Below the pieces are notes generated by a model, which saw only the letters and a list, made by a program, of their open reading frames with translations, did not search any database and was not told where the DNA came from. DNA of 62,596 bases, the filler included, from Rhabdomonas costata (lineage: Eukaryota), in the NCBI GenBank assembly GCA_019059605.1. It is 43 parts of 43 records of this genome, joined end to end, with 100 filler letters (N's around TTAATTAATTAA, not from the genome) between each part and the next. Parts side by side here need not be neighbours in the genome. Positions count along the whole stretch, not along the records: positions 23,353 to 24,709 come from JAHMHO010018333.1; positions 24,810 to 26,166 come from JAHMHO010018334.1; positions 26,267 to 27,623 come from JAHMHO010018335.1; positions 27,724 to 29,080 come from JAHMHO010018336.1; positions 29,181 to 30,537 come from JAHMHO010018337.1; positions 30,638 to 31,994 come from JAHMHO010018338.1; positions 32,095 to 33,446 come from JAHMHO010018339.1; positions 33,547 to 34,903 come from JAHMHO010018340.1; 35 more parts are not named here. One strand, given 5' to 3'. Positions 24,265 through 37,098 of the stretch are shown here, one piece after another. The stretch's first letter is position 1; every line of letters starts with the position of its first letter. Made by a program: the position numbers and the translations under genes.

Positions 24265-24809
24265 AGGGGACCAGGAAAGAACGAAAGTGGTGTGCCTGCG
24301 TACAATCAACTTGGTAAGCCGTCAAACCTTGCACCATTGCACCATCGCAGTCGTAGGAAGCTTTCGTGCTTCGCTGATAACGTCCCACTGTGATCTTCAT
24401 TGTCGTCTCGGATGCGCCCTTGATTGAGACCAAAACTAGGCCACCACAAAAAACCTCGAAGTTTCTGCATCCGCGTTTTTTATAGCTTGCATGCCTTTGA
24501 AACCTCCGCTATAGAGGGCCAAGAATGCAATTTTGGTGAGAGTGGCTGACGGGGTGACGACGCAAAACCACACCAAAAAGGAGGCACCACTGCGCCCTGC
24601 GAACAACCCCCACCCCCCGTAACAATCACACAGAGCGTGGCCGCGGCCAACTCATACACTCACCGCTTCCCCGAAGTGGCCGGCGGTGGGGACGCCTTAC
24701 CCCAAAACANNNNNNNNNNNNNNNNNNNNNNNNNNNNNNNNNNNNNNNNNNNNTTAATTAATTAANNNNNNNNNNNNNNNNNNNNNNNNNNNNNNNNNNN
24801 NNNNNNNNN

Positions 24810-25989
24810 CTCGCTTAGGGTGTGGGAGTGGCAGGCCAGGGTGCCCCGCATCACAGTCCCCAAGACTTCAGAGCCCTGGGGGGGCCCACAGCTCAGGGTG
24901 CAGTCGGTCTGCTCCAATAACACCCAATCCCCTTCCATGGGAAGCTGTTCGACATCCCCTGCGGAGGAGGCCGCCTCTGGGGTACCGCCCTCCGCAGAAG
25001 AGCCCAGAAGAGGCTCCCAGGGTGTGGGGTGGGAGAGCATGCCCACGGTCATGGGGTGCAGGCCGATATTGAACAGGGAGCGCCCCTCCCGGGCCAAGGG
25101 GTTGACTGCCAGCACCACCTTGGCGTTGCAGCACAACAAACGTGGGAAAGACGTGTGGCCCATGCACTGGAATAACAAAATCAAGGCTGGCAGTCTATAT
25201 AGTAGTGTATGTTTTATTGCCAGTCTTACAAGCCAAAACGAGCAGCAAAGGGGGCTTTTCGGTGATTTTTCGATTCTTTCAATTGGTAGCTGTTCAAAAA
25301 TGCTTGAAATGAATCAAGACACAGCAAAAGGCTTTTGATATCAAGCCGGTGTGCTGTTTTGATTTGAAATCAAAGACTTGTATTTAGAGGTCTTTGGAAC
25401 GAAGCTCATCAGGTGAAAGAAGCATAAGGGATGGTAATCCGGGGCTACCCAGACAGCAGCACTCAACTCCATCCCAAAGAGGGAGATGTGCAATTCCCCA
25501 GGTACTCTCTCTGTCCCTCTCGCAGGGGGCAGGAATGCAGTGACGTGTGCCCTCCTCCCTCCAGCAACTTGGTTGGAAGGCATTATGTCTAACACAGGTG
25601 TTATATCTAATGCACCCAAAAAAATGCACGACCCCTGAGTAGTGGAGATGGAGGTGGTAGTGGTGGTGGAAGTGGAGGTGGAGAGGCCGACCTTCGAGGC
25701 CAGGCGGCCTCCAGCGAAGAGCAGGGCACATCCCGAGGAGTGGCCCGGCCGAAGCGCCAGCCGGGCCAGGGCATCCTCCGCGTCGGAGGCCCCAAAGCTG
25801 GACATGTAGTGCGGACCCAACGCGGTCAGGAGCTGCACGGTGGAGTGGCTGAGGGGCTCGTCAAAGAGGTACACTCCGCCGCCCAGTTGCCCGCACAGGC
25901 AGTACGGACTGCCCAGGGCGTGCCCAGAGACCCAGGCCTGGCGCGCAAAGCAGAAGGCTCCGTCAAGCAAGTGGTACAAAACATCAACA
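24810..25989 (-). CDS. BEACH/neurobeachin-like protein, ConA-like region; exons ~25692-25989 and 24810-25118
   Basis: LCGQLGGGVYLFDEPLSHSTVQLLTALGPHYMSSF...LASK|VVLAVNP matches the neurobeachin/LRBA post-lectin pattern. Confidence 0.7.
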
Positions 25990-26676
25990 CTGCAACTTAG
26001 GTATAAAATGAAGGTGCTCGTATGGATAGTGGGAACGGGAAGGGTCACTCCTCCCAATCGTTACCAGTGATAATCTTTCCTACTGAACGATACAACAAAA
26101 GTGTACAGTAGGAAAGATTATCACTGGTAACGATTGGGAGGAGTGACCCTTCCCGTACCCACAACANNNNNNNNNNNNNNNNNNNNNNNNNNNNNNNNNN
26201 NNNNNNNNNNTTAATTAATTAANNNNNNNNNNNNNNNNNNNNNNNNNNNNNNNNNNNNNNNNNNNNGTGGGGGTTTGCCACGTCGCCTTCAGGGTGAATA
26301 AGGTTGCGGTGGCGCCTCATAGTTTGTGCATGTGCTTGTGAATCTGTTTATGTCCATCCTTCCTCTCCTTTTGTATTCTCCAACTTTGTCATAAAGCGGC
26401 TTTTTTCTCCTTTTTTCCCATGACTGTATGTATGTATCCATGCATAAAATGTACCGGCTGCTGGAGGTGACATTGCTTCAAACTTTGTGAGCAGCCTTGT
26501 GGGCGGCCGACCTGGGCGCAGCAGGGGGTGGACAGAGGTAGAACATGGCGAAAGAAGAGGAGGCGGTAGTCGTCGTTGTGAGCAACGCTGCCATTTTCTT
26601 CTCCTCTCAACCTCCAAGGACAACAAACCTGTACGGTTTTTCAGCTGAAACATTAACGCCTCGCCAACGGAAGCCT

Positions 26677-27553
26677 TCACAGTTCCTGGTGGTGATTCAG
26701 GGGATATCCTCCAGGGGTACATGAAAGTTCCGGATTACCATCGCCCGATGCCCTATACATGTCACCCTGGCTGTCGTCGCGGGTTTGCGCTGTTTCAGGA
26801 TACTCAAACAGGAGGCACCGCTCAAGGCCACTACCATCCCGGCGCGCACCGATGTACTTCAGAAACGGAGTAAACAGCTTCACGACCATGGGCTGAGAGG
26901 ACCGAGGGGCCTCCAGCACAAGTCGGCCTCTATACCGAAGGAGAGCAGGGCCGGCGTCCTTCAGTCCTCGCGCTATGGCTTCGTAGGAAGACAGCGGAGT
27001 GGTAGAAAACAGGGCCTCCGCAGGCTCGTGGGCTGACGCCTGCTCGCAGAGTCTGCGAAGACCCCAACCCACCCGACACCCACACACAGGAGACCAATGT
27101 CTGGGACGTGGCAAACAGGGAAAGGGCGCGAAAGAACCGCTAGCAGCTAAGTGTGCACTCACACCTGTCTTTCTGTCCCACTGGAATGTACGGCGGGTTG
27201 CACACAATCACATCGGCTGGAAACTCCCCCGTGACGGCCCCAGGGCAATTGCCGAGGGAGTCCTGGGACCTTTCCCGTCGCCGTGAAACCAGCCCAGTCA
27301 GGTTGGCGAAGTCGCCGACAACAAACTGAACCCGTGGATTCACCCCCAGGGCGCGGGCGTTATCATGAGCGACCTCAATAGCAGGGGTAGAGATGTCCAC
27401 CCCCAGGCCCCTTGCCCCAGGAAGGGCAAGTAGAAGGGAAATCAGGATGCACCCTGAGCCCGTGCCCAAGTCTAGAATCCGTGGGGCCACAGCCGCATTT
27501 TGGAAGAGCTCCAGAACAGCGTCAACCAGAGCCTCGGTTCCTCGCCTTGGAAT
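26677..27553 (-). CDS. HEMK: HemK/PrmC-family release-factor glutamine methyltransferase; exons 27165-27553 and 26677-27052
   Basis: IPRRGTEALV, ILDLGTGSGCI, GVDIS, DVIVCNPPYIP, HEPAEALF, RDGSGLERC. Confidence 0.92.
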
Positions 27554-27723
27554 CTGCAGCATAGAGACAAAACGCTCTGCATCTCCAAACACCCACGATA
27601 ATGTGTTAAGCGAATCATTCACGNNNNNNNNNNNNNNNNNNNNNNNNNNNNNNNNNNNNNNNNNNNNTTAATTAATTAANNNNNNNNNNNNNNNNNNNNN
27701 NNNNNNNNNNNNNNNNNNNNNNN

Positions 27724-28970
27724 TTGTCCTTCGTGCTAAGCCCAAAAGAGAAAATCACCGTCTATATGAGACAAGACCCAACAAGGTTTTGTGGCGTCCT
27801 TCCCAGAATTCAGGAAGTTTTTAAGAGGCGCTGTCAGAAATCTTTTTGGCATTTTGGTACTTCATAAGGGGCAGCCATGCACGCCCAGCCCCACCCCCAA
27901 CTCATACAAAGCAACAAACTAAACACACACTCATTCAAGAGAGAAAGCTCCGAAACAGAACGTGACCCCATCTCACTTTTTACGTTACGGAGGCAAGAGA
28001 TACGAGGAGCCTGCTTTTCGTTCCAAAATCGACATTGCAGCAGCTGCGCTTGTGGCTTCCGGTAACATGTATGTGTTGGTGGGGATGGGTACATACAGCA
28101 GCCATATGGTAGCTCCATTGCCAGACAGGGCGTCTCGGTCACACGCGCTGAGCATCACCTGACAGATCGTCTCAAAGAGGTCTTCAGGCTCCTAGCCCAA
28201 AAACCCGCAGCAAAGTAGCATCTTCCACCTCTCCGCATTACCTATCACAGCTGAACTGCGGCCACAGAACCAGTAAGGAAACATAGCAAGTCAGCTCAGC
28301 ATCTTCTCTTTGAACGCAGTGCTAGGAGGGGGGTTTGCTAAAGAGGGTACATGCCTGGTCAGGCTTCCAGAGGCTCTCGCACATTCCGAGCAGGGACTCC
28401 GAGCAGGTCCCCGAGACGACGAAATTCCCCGGCCTGGTCTCTACGACACAAAACCAAACATAATCCAAAACTTGCTTGAAGACACAAATCCCCAAAGCCA
28501 AGATGGAGCAACGACACCTCCAGGAGGGAGGTGGCACTTGAGAGGGTTTGTAAACACACGATATATAGGGATGAAGGGTACAAAGGGAAAGCCGAAGCAG
28601 GCCCCGGGGTCTTATCAAGATGCAAGAGGCATTCCTATAACAAACGCGATGGTGACAGAGGCCACGCGCAACAGAGTGTAGACTTATCACACAGAGTTTT
28701 AAAACGATTTAAAAAGTTTCAACACCACACCTCACTTCCTTCCTAATTTCCCTCCGAGGTCCCGAGGTCCCACCCCAACACATCGAAATAGGAGAAGCAA
28801 CCCACGGGCTCAAGGGTTCGTTCAAGAGCCCAGTACGTGAAACCGTGTGAGCCTGCGGCCGAAAGTGCGGAGCCCCCACACCTGCGCCGATCAGGTCCAT
28901 TCCGGACACGAAGGGCTCGTCGTCTTCCCCAATCCCAGCAATCACGGGTTCCGTGAAGTAGGGCCCAAAC
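27724..28970 (-). CDS. PSMB3: 20S proteasome subunit beta-3; exons 28882-28970, 28355-28440, 28097-28191, 27724-27735
   Basis: RFGPYFTEPVIAG...MDLIGA, FVVSGTCSESLLGMCESLWKPDQ|EPEDLFETICQVMLSACDRDALSG. Confidence 0.96.
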
Positions 28971-29288
28971 CTGTGACCCAATCCTCTCTTCCACTAAAAC
29001 TTCTGTGGTTTGCTTAGCTCGGTACCGTCCCCTCCGCTCCACTTTCACACCTATTTCGCTCATATTCTCTCCCACAAAACNNNNNNNNNNNNNNNNNNNN
29101 NNNNNNNNNNNNNNNNNNNNNNNNTTAATTAATTAANNNNNNNNNNNNNNNNNNNNNNNNNNNNNNNNNNNNNNNNNNNNTGTTTTGGTGGTCTGCTATT
29201 GACGGGTGGTGGTGGTGGGGGGAACAAAACCACCGTAAGTAATCAGGCGAGAGACAGAGAGAGAGAAAGAGAGCGCGCGGCGGCACAC

Positions 29289-29492
29289 CTCGACGGGCTC
29301 CTGGGTCTCCAAGGTTCCGTTGCAGGAGGGGCAGGTCCCGCTCTCCCCGCAGGCCAGGCAGGGCACGCTGTACACCGTGGCCTTGGCCCCACTGCATTGC
29401 AGGCACAGCCCCCGCGTACACCCCGCGGGGCATAGGTCGCAGGAGCGATGCTTCGCCACCCCTTTGCCATCGCACTTCAAGCACGTCGGCAT
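29289..29492 (-). CDS. First exon of a DnaJ-type (CxxCxGxG) zinc-finger protein
   Basis: MPTCLKCDGKG...CDLC...CLQCSG...CLACGESGTCPSCNGT...VE|gtgtg. Confidence 0.7.
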
Positions 29493-30637
29493 TTGGTAAG
29501 ACGTGGGCCCCACCAGCACAGCCAAAATACAATGCACAGGCAGTCACGCAGGCGTACACCAAATGCACAAAGGACAGGGAGAAGGTCTGCGGACACAGCA
29601 CCAAGCTTGGCTTGGAGAGGAGCGAGGAGTGAGAGATCCTGTGCGGCAAGGTGCTGCAGGATTTAACAGAAAGGATGGTCCTGCTGACCCGTCAAACTCC
29701 ACTCCCCCTCACACAACAGGTCAATTGGGTGGACAGATGAAAAATCGCCCCGCGGGGGAATACTCGGTTGCACCTCAGCGTTCAGCGTCACAATCACAGA
29801 TGCTATAGTTCAGAAGCCATTGTCGTCCATGTGTCTCCCACGCGTGCCTCACAGTTATGGATAGCTGAGGAACCATTCCACGTTTCTCACTTTTCCTCAA
29901 ATAGTGTCAGGGTACCCACACGTTTTCGTCCTTCCGGTCGCATCGCCGATGTGCGTTCATATTTGCCCAAGCGGCAAGCGGGGGGTTGCAAGTGGATATG
30001 AACAGCAAATCAACATGTGATCCTCCGATTTTTATGTGTGGCGTTCACAAGTATATTGAGCCATCTGTAGACATTTTTGGCCAGAATCGACCGCTTTTCA
30101 GCCCTTCAGTCCCTAACCAATACCAAAATTGGTTATTTTTGATGGGATAGTGAGGGACTTATATAATTCTCGTTGATTCAAACCCCTTCTCACGCTTCAC
30201 GCAAAGCCTTCAAAGAAAATCACAGCACAGCGAGCAAACGAGCGATCGTGTTAAGGATGGCCTCGGAGTGTACTTACAACTCTCCTATTTTCTTGCATTT
30301 TCTCCCTTTCCCTCCCTGTCATCTTTTTCGTTTTGGCCTCGCTTCCTTAAAGAGCGTCTCGGAACTCAAAAGCATTCCCCTCCCCTCCCATCACTTGACT
30401 GGCAAGGAGATGAAATGACTTGCTCAAAGGGGCAACCTGCACAGCCCATTTTGAGTGTTATGGCTGTGAGCGGGTGGGATCGGAAAACCAATCGAACGGC
30501 GCTGCGTAACGAAGCTGGGTTCGGGAAACAACCCCCCNNNNNNNNNNNNNNNNNNNNNNNNNNNNNNNNNNNNNNNNNNNNTTAATTAATTAANNNNNNN
30601 NNNNNNNNNNNNNNNNNNNNNNNNNNNNNNNNNNNNN

Positions 30638-31469
30638 GCCGCACGAAACTTGAGCTGGTCAGGCAGGGCGGACATCTTGAGGTCCTCCATGACCTGCTTC
30701 AGTGCGTCTTCGCCCAGCTCCGCGACTGCCTGAATTGCACACATGTCGTAACCGCACTGGGCCATCACCGAAGCAAACGAGCCCAGGTGATTTTTCTGCA
30801 GCCAATCCAGCAGCTCAGACGGTGGCTCTGGACTTGCTACTGGTGGTGGCGACGGGTTTGTCGGAGCCCGGGTCGCTACGCTGACTGGACTCTCAACGGG
30901 ACGCTGCGGCCGCTGTGTGGCAGCCCGCGGTGGAGGAGGCACAAAGGGCACAGGGGCCGCTGGGTCTGCCCCCGCAGGAGCGAAGATTTTCGGGTCTGGC
31001 GGAATGCAAAGGCATTCAGAACAACAGGAGGACACAGCTGTGGGGGCTGAACCGCGGTTAACGTTCTGACACGCTTCATCCCGAGAACTGGTTTTGCGCT
31101 TCGAGTCCATTCCCAGGTCAACGGAAGTGAATTCTTCTGAGTCATCCAGCAGACCTCTGGTTTCTAGATGGTGTGAAGAGGAGGAAACGGCTGCCCCCGC
31201 TGACCTCTGACCTGCTGGGCGGGAGAGCTCAGGCAGTGGACGTGATTCAAGTCCCTCTTCATCATGCTCCTCCAGGCGCTGTTTATCGGAACCTTTGATT
31301 ATCCTCCTATGGCTGGGAGGATAATCAGTAGTTACAGTGGTTAGTGGAAAAAGCTGCAGCAGCAAAACATAACATAATGTTTGATGCACAAATTAGATCT
31401 GCCGTGCATTCGTTTGCCGACAAAATGGACGATGGTAAAAAATAATTTGACTTCCTCTTGAAAGCTCAT
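30638..31469 (-). CDS. SAM-domain protein, N-terminal part
   Basis: MSFQEE|LFPL..., Pro-rich linker, then LLDWLQKNHLGSFASVMAQCGYDM...LKQVMEDLKMSALPDQLKFRA. Confidence 0.7.
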
Positions 31470-32401
31470 TTTGATGATGGCCCTGGCCGTTGGTGTGCCA
31501 GAAAGAAACGAACAGCCGCACAACGAAGCCGTTGGCTTTTTCAATATTTTCTGTTTCGGCGTTTCGAAGTTAAAAAAACGCTTTCTGACACATTTCTTTC
31601 ATACCCCCCCAGAAGCATATGCTTACCCTTGCCTTCCAATATTTGGGAGCATTGATTCTTCGCCACAACCGCTCCCCCTCCCTGCCACCTACCCCCCCTC
31701 TCTATCTCACTGTCACTCTCACTCTCTCACTCTTTTGTTCCTTATTTTTTCTCGACACACTTTCTCTCTGTTCCATACTCTTCCCTGGACGTTTGCTGGC
31801 TTGATTACTTCACAGCTGGTGCGGAAGCTTGATTGTCCTATACTTTACCAGTGCACATTTCACTGACTCTGGGGACAATCATTGCTTGCTGAACTACCGG
31901 CCTCCGAAAAAAGCAAAAAAAAAAAAAACAACGAAAAAACTCCCTTGAGTTGCTCCATTTGCTCTTCCCCAACACCCCAACCACACCCACCACANNNNNN
32001 NNNNNNNNNNNNNNNNNNNNNNNNNNNNNNNNNNNNNNTTAATTAATTAANNNNNNNNNNNNNNNNNNNNNNNNNNNNNNNNNNNNNNNNNNNNGTGGGG
32101 TTTTACTTTTTGCCAGCGACAGAGAGAAGATCCGAGGGATTCAATGTGAATGAAAAGATATGCGTTCTATCCCTACTGCTTCCGCGCCGCAATTATTCCC
32201 TTGGGCTGCGCAGGAGAACGCATATCTTTTCATTCACATTGAATCCCTCGGATCTTCGTGTTGAATTGGGTCTCTGAGGTTTTCAGCGTTTTGCTTTTTG
32301 CCAGCGACAGAGAGAAGATCCGAGGGATTCAATGTGAATGAAAAGATGTGCGTTCTATCCCTACTGCTTCCGCGCCGCAATTATTCCCTTGGGCTGCGCA
32401 G

Positions 32402-33117
32402 GAGAACGGTGTGGGCTTTGAGGTGAGACCGCTGCACAGCAACACAGTGCTGCAGTACCTGCAGCACAAGCTGGGCACCACTGACCGCCCCTCGATCGAG
32501 GTACGCAGCAAGCCGGATAACTCCATAAGCAAACCCACTTCGCGGATGTCCCTAAAACTGGTCTCCAAGGCACCAACACACCGAAGCATTTGGCTTCCGA
32601 TTTCCGTATGCAGTACTTTTGGGCTCTTATTCTAAATAGGGCCCGCACAATTCTGCGAAGGCAGCAGAGACACATCCACATGCCAGCAGCGGCAAACCAG
32701 GTTTGCATTTGGACGCTCTTGCCAGACTCCAGAGACGGTGGTCCTTTCCCCGGTGACAGAGGTCTGTGTGTGTGGGGGGGGGTGATGGCGGATGAGTATT
32801 GGCTAACAACGAGTGTTTTGCGCCATGTCACCAGTAATTCCATTCGTCAGCACCCGATGTGCTCAAGAAAAACAGAAACCGCAAGCGCATACAGCCGGTG
32901 TGTGCATTACGATGGTTCAGTACCCTGCTTTGTCGCATTCGAGAGGCGAGATAACTCATAATTTTCTTTGTTGTTTGGGTGCCAAATCTGCTTTTGCTGT
33001 TCTCAAGCCGTTTCTCCACTTTTCGTCTCTCGCAGGCGCTCGAAGAAGCTGCGAGATCCGCACGAATCGCCTTCCGCACTGACCCAGAGGTCCCACAGAC
33101 ACCAGACCGTCCCTCAG
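32402..33117 (+). CDS. Two exons of an unknown protein
   Basis: ENGVGFEVRPLHSNTVLQYLQHKLGTTDRPSIE|gtacg...cag|ALEEAARSARIAFRTDPEVPQTPDRPS, in phase. Confidence 0.5.
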
Positions 33118-33699
33118 GTTGAGCGCGCAACGCGGAAATTCCTGCACTGTTCCATTCACCCCCACCCCCAGCCCTCATCTCATGTTGGTTCAGGCAAGGA
33201 CCCAAGTTCTGGGTTTGCCATCCCTCGGCCTGCGGGCGCTTTATCCGCGAAACAAAACATAAGGGGTGGGGTCTTTCGTTTCCACCATGTCGGCGCCAAC
33301 ACTTCTCCTTCCACGACAGGGCCTATGCATCCCCTTTCTATGGCGGTGGTTGCGGTTCCAGCCTTTCATTTTCCCTCCAGCAAAGGCCTCAAACCGCAAA
33401 AAGAAACGTCCTCAGTGAAACAACAAACCTGTACATGAAGCAAAGTNNNNNNNNNNNNNNNNNNNNNNNNNNNNNNNNNNNNNNNNNNNNTTAATTAATT
33501 AANNNNNNNNNNNNNNNNNNNNNNNNNNNNNNNNNNNNNNNNNNNNATTCAACATCCGTCCGGTCAGAAAATTTTAGTGAAGGGGGATGGGAAATAGGGA
33601 TCCGCAAATCATCTGAAATCAAGATAAGCGTAAGTCACGCTTTTCCTTAATTGACTTTGATGCGGACCGCCCGACGAAATCAATAAATCAGTACGAATC

Positions 33700-34712
33700 G
33701 CGTACGATGTAGCATCCACAGGGGAGGAGATCTCGACGTTCGGTGTGCTGCTGTGGTTGAGCAAGTCCAGGACGGGAATGAGCGTGGGCAGGTTTACCCC
33801 AGCAAGATCAGCAGGTCCTGGTGAAGCCGCCGAGGGCGTGCGGTAGTACTGTGCTACTCCGTAGGCATTACTCAGAGGCTGATTTCGGCTTTGCACCATC
33901 ATTGCCGCCCACAGCCAGGCGGCCCGAAAAACGGCAGCAGGCTCTGAGCCTGCGTTGGTGGGAGGGGGCCACATCCGGCCCCAAAAGAGGTGATATACGG
34001 GGAAGGTCTCCTCCAGCTGCTGTGCAAGTGAAGCTCGCTGCGAAGAGAACCCTCCAGTGGGGAGGAAGAATACGTACGGGGCCCAGTCAGGTCGCCGCGA
34101 AACACGAAGGTAGGCCAGGTAAGATGCCATGTACCACCTGTTGGTTGCAAGGACATGTATTGCCTGCAAAACACCTACCGTGGAAACAGGATTCTCATTT
34201 TTGTCTATTTTTTTTAGAAGCCTGACTGCCAAAATGACGGGGGAAAGGAGTTTGCACAAACACTTCTGGGTTTTTCTGCAAAAATAAAAAAAGAAGAAAT
34301 GAGGAAAATTTGCATGTAGTTTGGCAGTTGGGAAAAAACGATGAAACTACAGACGACTTACCAGAAATAAGAGATTCCCAGCCTGCGGCAATCCTCCAGG
34401 TCAGCAGGACCAACGCAAGGAAACCCAAATTGAGGGTCCTTGGCGATGGTGGCACAATTCAATGTCGCTCCAGCAGGAACGGCGAGAATAACACTGCCCT
34501 TGGGGATGTCTCTTTCCGCAAAAAGCCCTCGGCCACCTCTGCTGGACTCCCCCGTGCGCACAGGGTGCTCAAACAGAACACCGCGGCCCACGCACCACTC
34601 CAAGAATGTTTCCCACGTGATTTGTGGGTCCTCCCTAGGCACACCTTCACCTCCTACAACGTCTGGAAATGGGACAGGCTCTTCACTTCGAAGGCGGTCG
34701 CTGGCAATGTCC
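33700..34712 (-). CDS. SET-domain methyltransferase, Rubisco-LSMT/SETD3-like
   Basis: FLEWCVGRG, GGRGLFAERDIPKGSVILAVP, WAPYVFFLP, WAAMMVQSR, LIPVLDLLNHS; intron of about 34139-34361. Confidence 0.9.
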
Positions 34713-35334
34713 TTTGCCGTTCAACACGTTAAAACAGGTGATATGACCAAAAGTGTAATGGTGCAGGTAATGGTAGAGGTTGGTTAGGTGAGGGACAAAA
34801 CTATACACGTAGCCACGAAATTAACCCAAACTTAGAAGTGGAAGCACGACAAAAACCTGTGCTACGGCTTGAGCCCAGTGTTTTTGACAATGGAAAAACA
34901 AACNNNNNNNNNNNNNNNNNNNNNNNNNNNNNNNNNNNNNNNNNNNNTTAATTAATTAANNNNNNNNNNNNNNNNNNNNNNNNNNNNNNNNNNNNNNNNN
35001 NNNGGGTGTTTTGTTCTTTTTCATACGTTTTTATTAGTTTCAACGTAACTTTCTTTTGCATTCTGGTCTTCCTTGCGGCTTCACCCTCATGATGGCAATC
35101 ACTCTGCAAAAGAAAGTTACGTTGAAACTAATAAAAACGTATGAAAAAGAACAAAAAACGACTAAGACGAGGGACTGTGTTACCCTGCTCTGAAAAAGTG
35201 GTAAGTTCATGCCCACCCCACACCGCAGACCCGCCTCGCTGATGCGATGCAGGTAAAAACTCAATCTTGTCGGTTTTGATCTCAGAGGAAGTCAGTCCGA
35301 GGGATCCCCTCCTCTCCAGCAAACGCGAGCAAAC

Positions 35335-36188
35335 CAGCAGCCAGAATCACCCCAGGGGAGCGAGTGTGGGACTTGATGCTGTCGTGCGCAGGGCCAAGCG
35401 AGGAGAACCCGTGCAGGTGCAGAGAGCACTGCGTTCCAGCAAAAGGAAGCAACAACCAAGGGAAACCATGGTCAGCAGTCTGCAGTCTCCAATCAGTACA
35501 TGACCAATAATATGGATGTGAAACACTGCCGTGCTGTCAGCGGGAAAATTTTTGGGGAGGGCAAGCACCTTGGCCGAGGACCGGCCAAAGCAAACTGTAT
35601 CTTCCCTGGGTACAGGAACAGGCTGCCAGGTATGACCCTTGTCGTACGAGATTCGCGTCTTGTACGAGCACTTCTGCTCACAGTCCCCGTAGGAGCACGT
35701 CTGAAAACCAAAACAAGACAACGGGTAGCTTCGGCACGGGTGCTGTGGAGCGAGGTCTTGGTGGAGGAAGGTGGTGGCACCACGGGGGTGGGGGGAGCTA
35801 TCAGAAGGGCTCACCCGCTAACGGTTACATTTTCCGGTAACCTCGGGAAGCTTCAGCCCAATATTCGAGCAAGTGCAATCATCGGGCAATCTTCTTCAAT
35901 TTTCGATAACATTTAAACAGCAAGACCACTGCATGTTTTGGCCTCCGGGTTTCAAGGAAAAGTTATGGCGAAATTAATCCAGTGCTTTGGAAGTGCCAGA
36001 CGCGCGAACACACATTTTTTCGTGGCAGAGACCCGGAGACCAAGAAGATGCATCTTACCTGGCATCCAGTGGAAGATTCAAAATCCGGAATGGTATTGGC
36101 AATGTATACTCCAGAGAGCCCTTTGACTCTGTGGAAGTCGCAAAGCCCAGCAGAGTTCCGGCGCGTGTAAGCCAAACTGGTGGAAAAC
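35335..36188 (-). CDS. VPS10: Vps10/sortilin-domain receptor; exons 36059-36188, 35569-35700, 35335-35428
   Basis: DFHRVKGLSGVYIAN, KTRISYDKGHTW, CSLHLHG...SPGVILAAG. Confidence 0.88.
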
Positions 36189-36987
36189 CTGCCGACAACA
36201 CAGAAATGATGACGTCAGCACACACAGTTCATGGTCAGTATTTTTCAATTGGGTCTCATAGCAACGGTCCACTTATTACTGTTCTCCACAGTCACTGGTT
36301 CACGGGTTCACTTGGCACAGCAATAAGTGGACCGTTGCTATGAGACCCAATTGAAAAACANNNNNNNNNNNNNNNNNNNNNNNNNNNNNNNNNNNNNNNN
36401 NNNNTTAATTAATTAANNNNNNNNNNNNNNNNNNNNNNNNNNNNNNNNNNNNNNNNNNNNGGGTGGTGTGGAGGGACACTGTTGTGCAGAACTCCAGCTT
36501 GGGGATGACACCTTGCACGACTTGTTGAGGGGCATGAACAGGCCGCAGCACAGCCATCGCCGGTAAGCAGGGATTACTAAATCACCATGTTTTAACAAAT
36601 GAACAACACGTCACCGAAGAAGACAAGGGTCAGCACCGTGCAGGCTTCGGCAAAGCAAGCGAGGTGAGAAGAAGAAAAGAGAACACCGGGAGACAAATAA
36701 AGTCGCGGAACACGCGCGCAAACTTGGGTTGGTGGTGTTAGCGAGTGCCTGGGCAATGTGGACAGGCCACGGACAAGGCGATGTGACAAACGCAAAGCCG
36801 GGTGGAGGGGGTGGAGCGGGCATCACAATATTCCAGTGCAGGATACAACGGTGCCAAACGTGACACAGCCCGTGTCGCTAGGGCGCTCTAAGAGACATTA
36901 CGAACAAAGAAACAAAGGCTCTAGCTTCTACATCTTGACGAGCTCATCTACGACACACGCACACCCACACACACGGATATGCACAGC

Positions 36988-37098
36988 AGGCGGTTCTCCG
37001 GGTAAGCTGGGTAAGGTGCTCCTTGCACTACTGGCACCCGCTGCTTGGCCGAGTAGAACCCGGTGATCTTGTCCATAAAGGCCGCGGCGTCCTCCTCC
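36988..37098 (-). CDS. Internal exon of an unknown protein
   Basis: EEDAAAFMDKITGFYSAKQRVPVVQGAPYPAYPENRLL|gtgca; coding-like codon use. Confidence 0.4.

Noticed and set aside
26267..29080. Apparent clustering of HemK, proteasome and other genes into a system
   Set aside because: They lie on separate contigs joined by spacers, so adjacency is arbitrary.
34202..34215. tgtctatttttttt matches part of the Euglena spliced leader
   Set aside because: Low-complexity 14-mer, antisense within an intron, with no following GT donor or SL-RNA structure.
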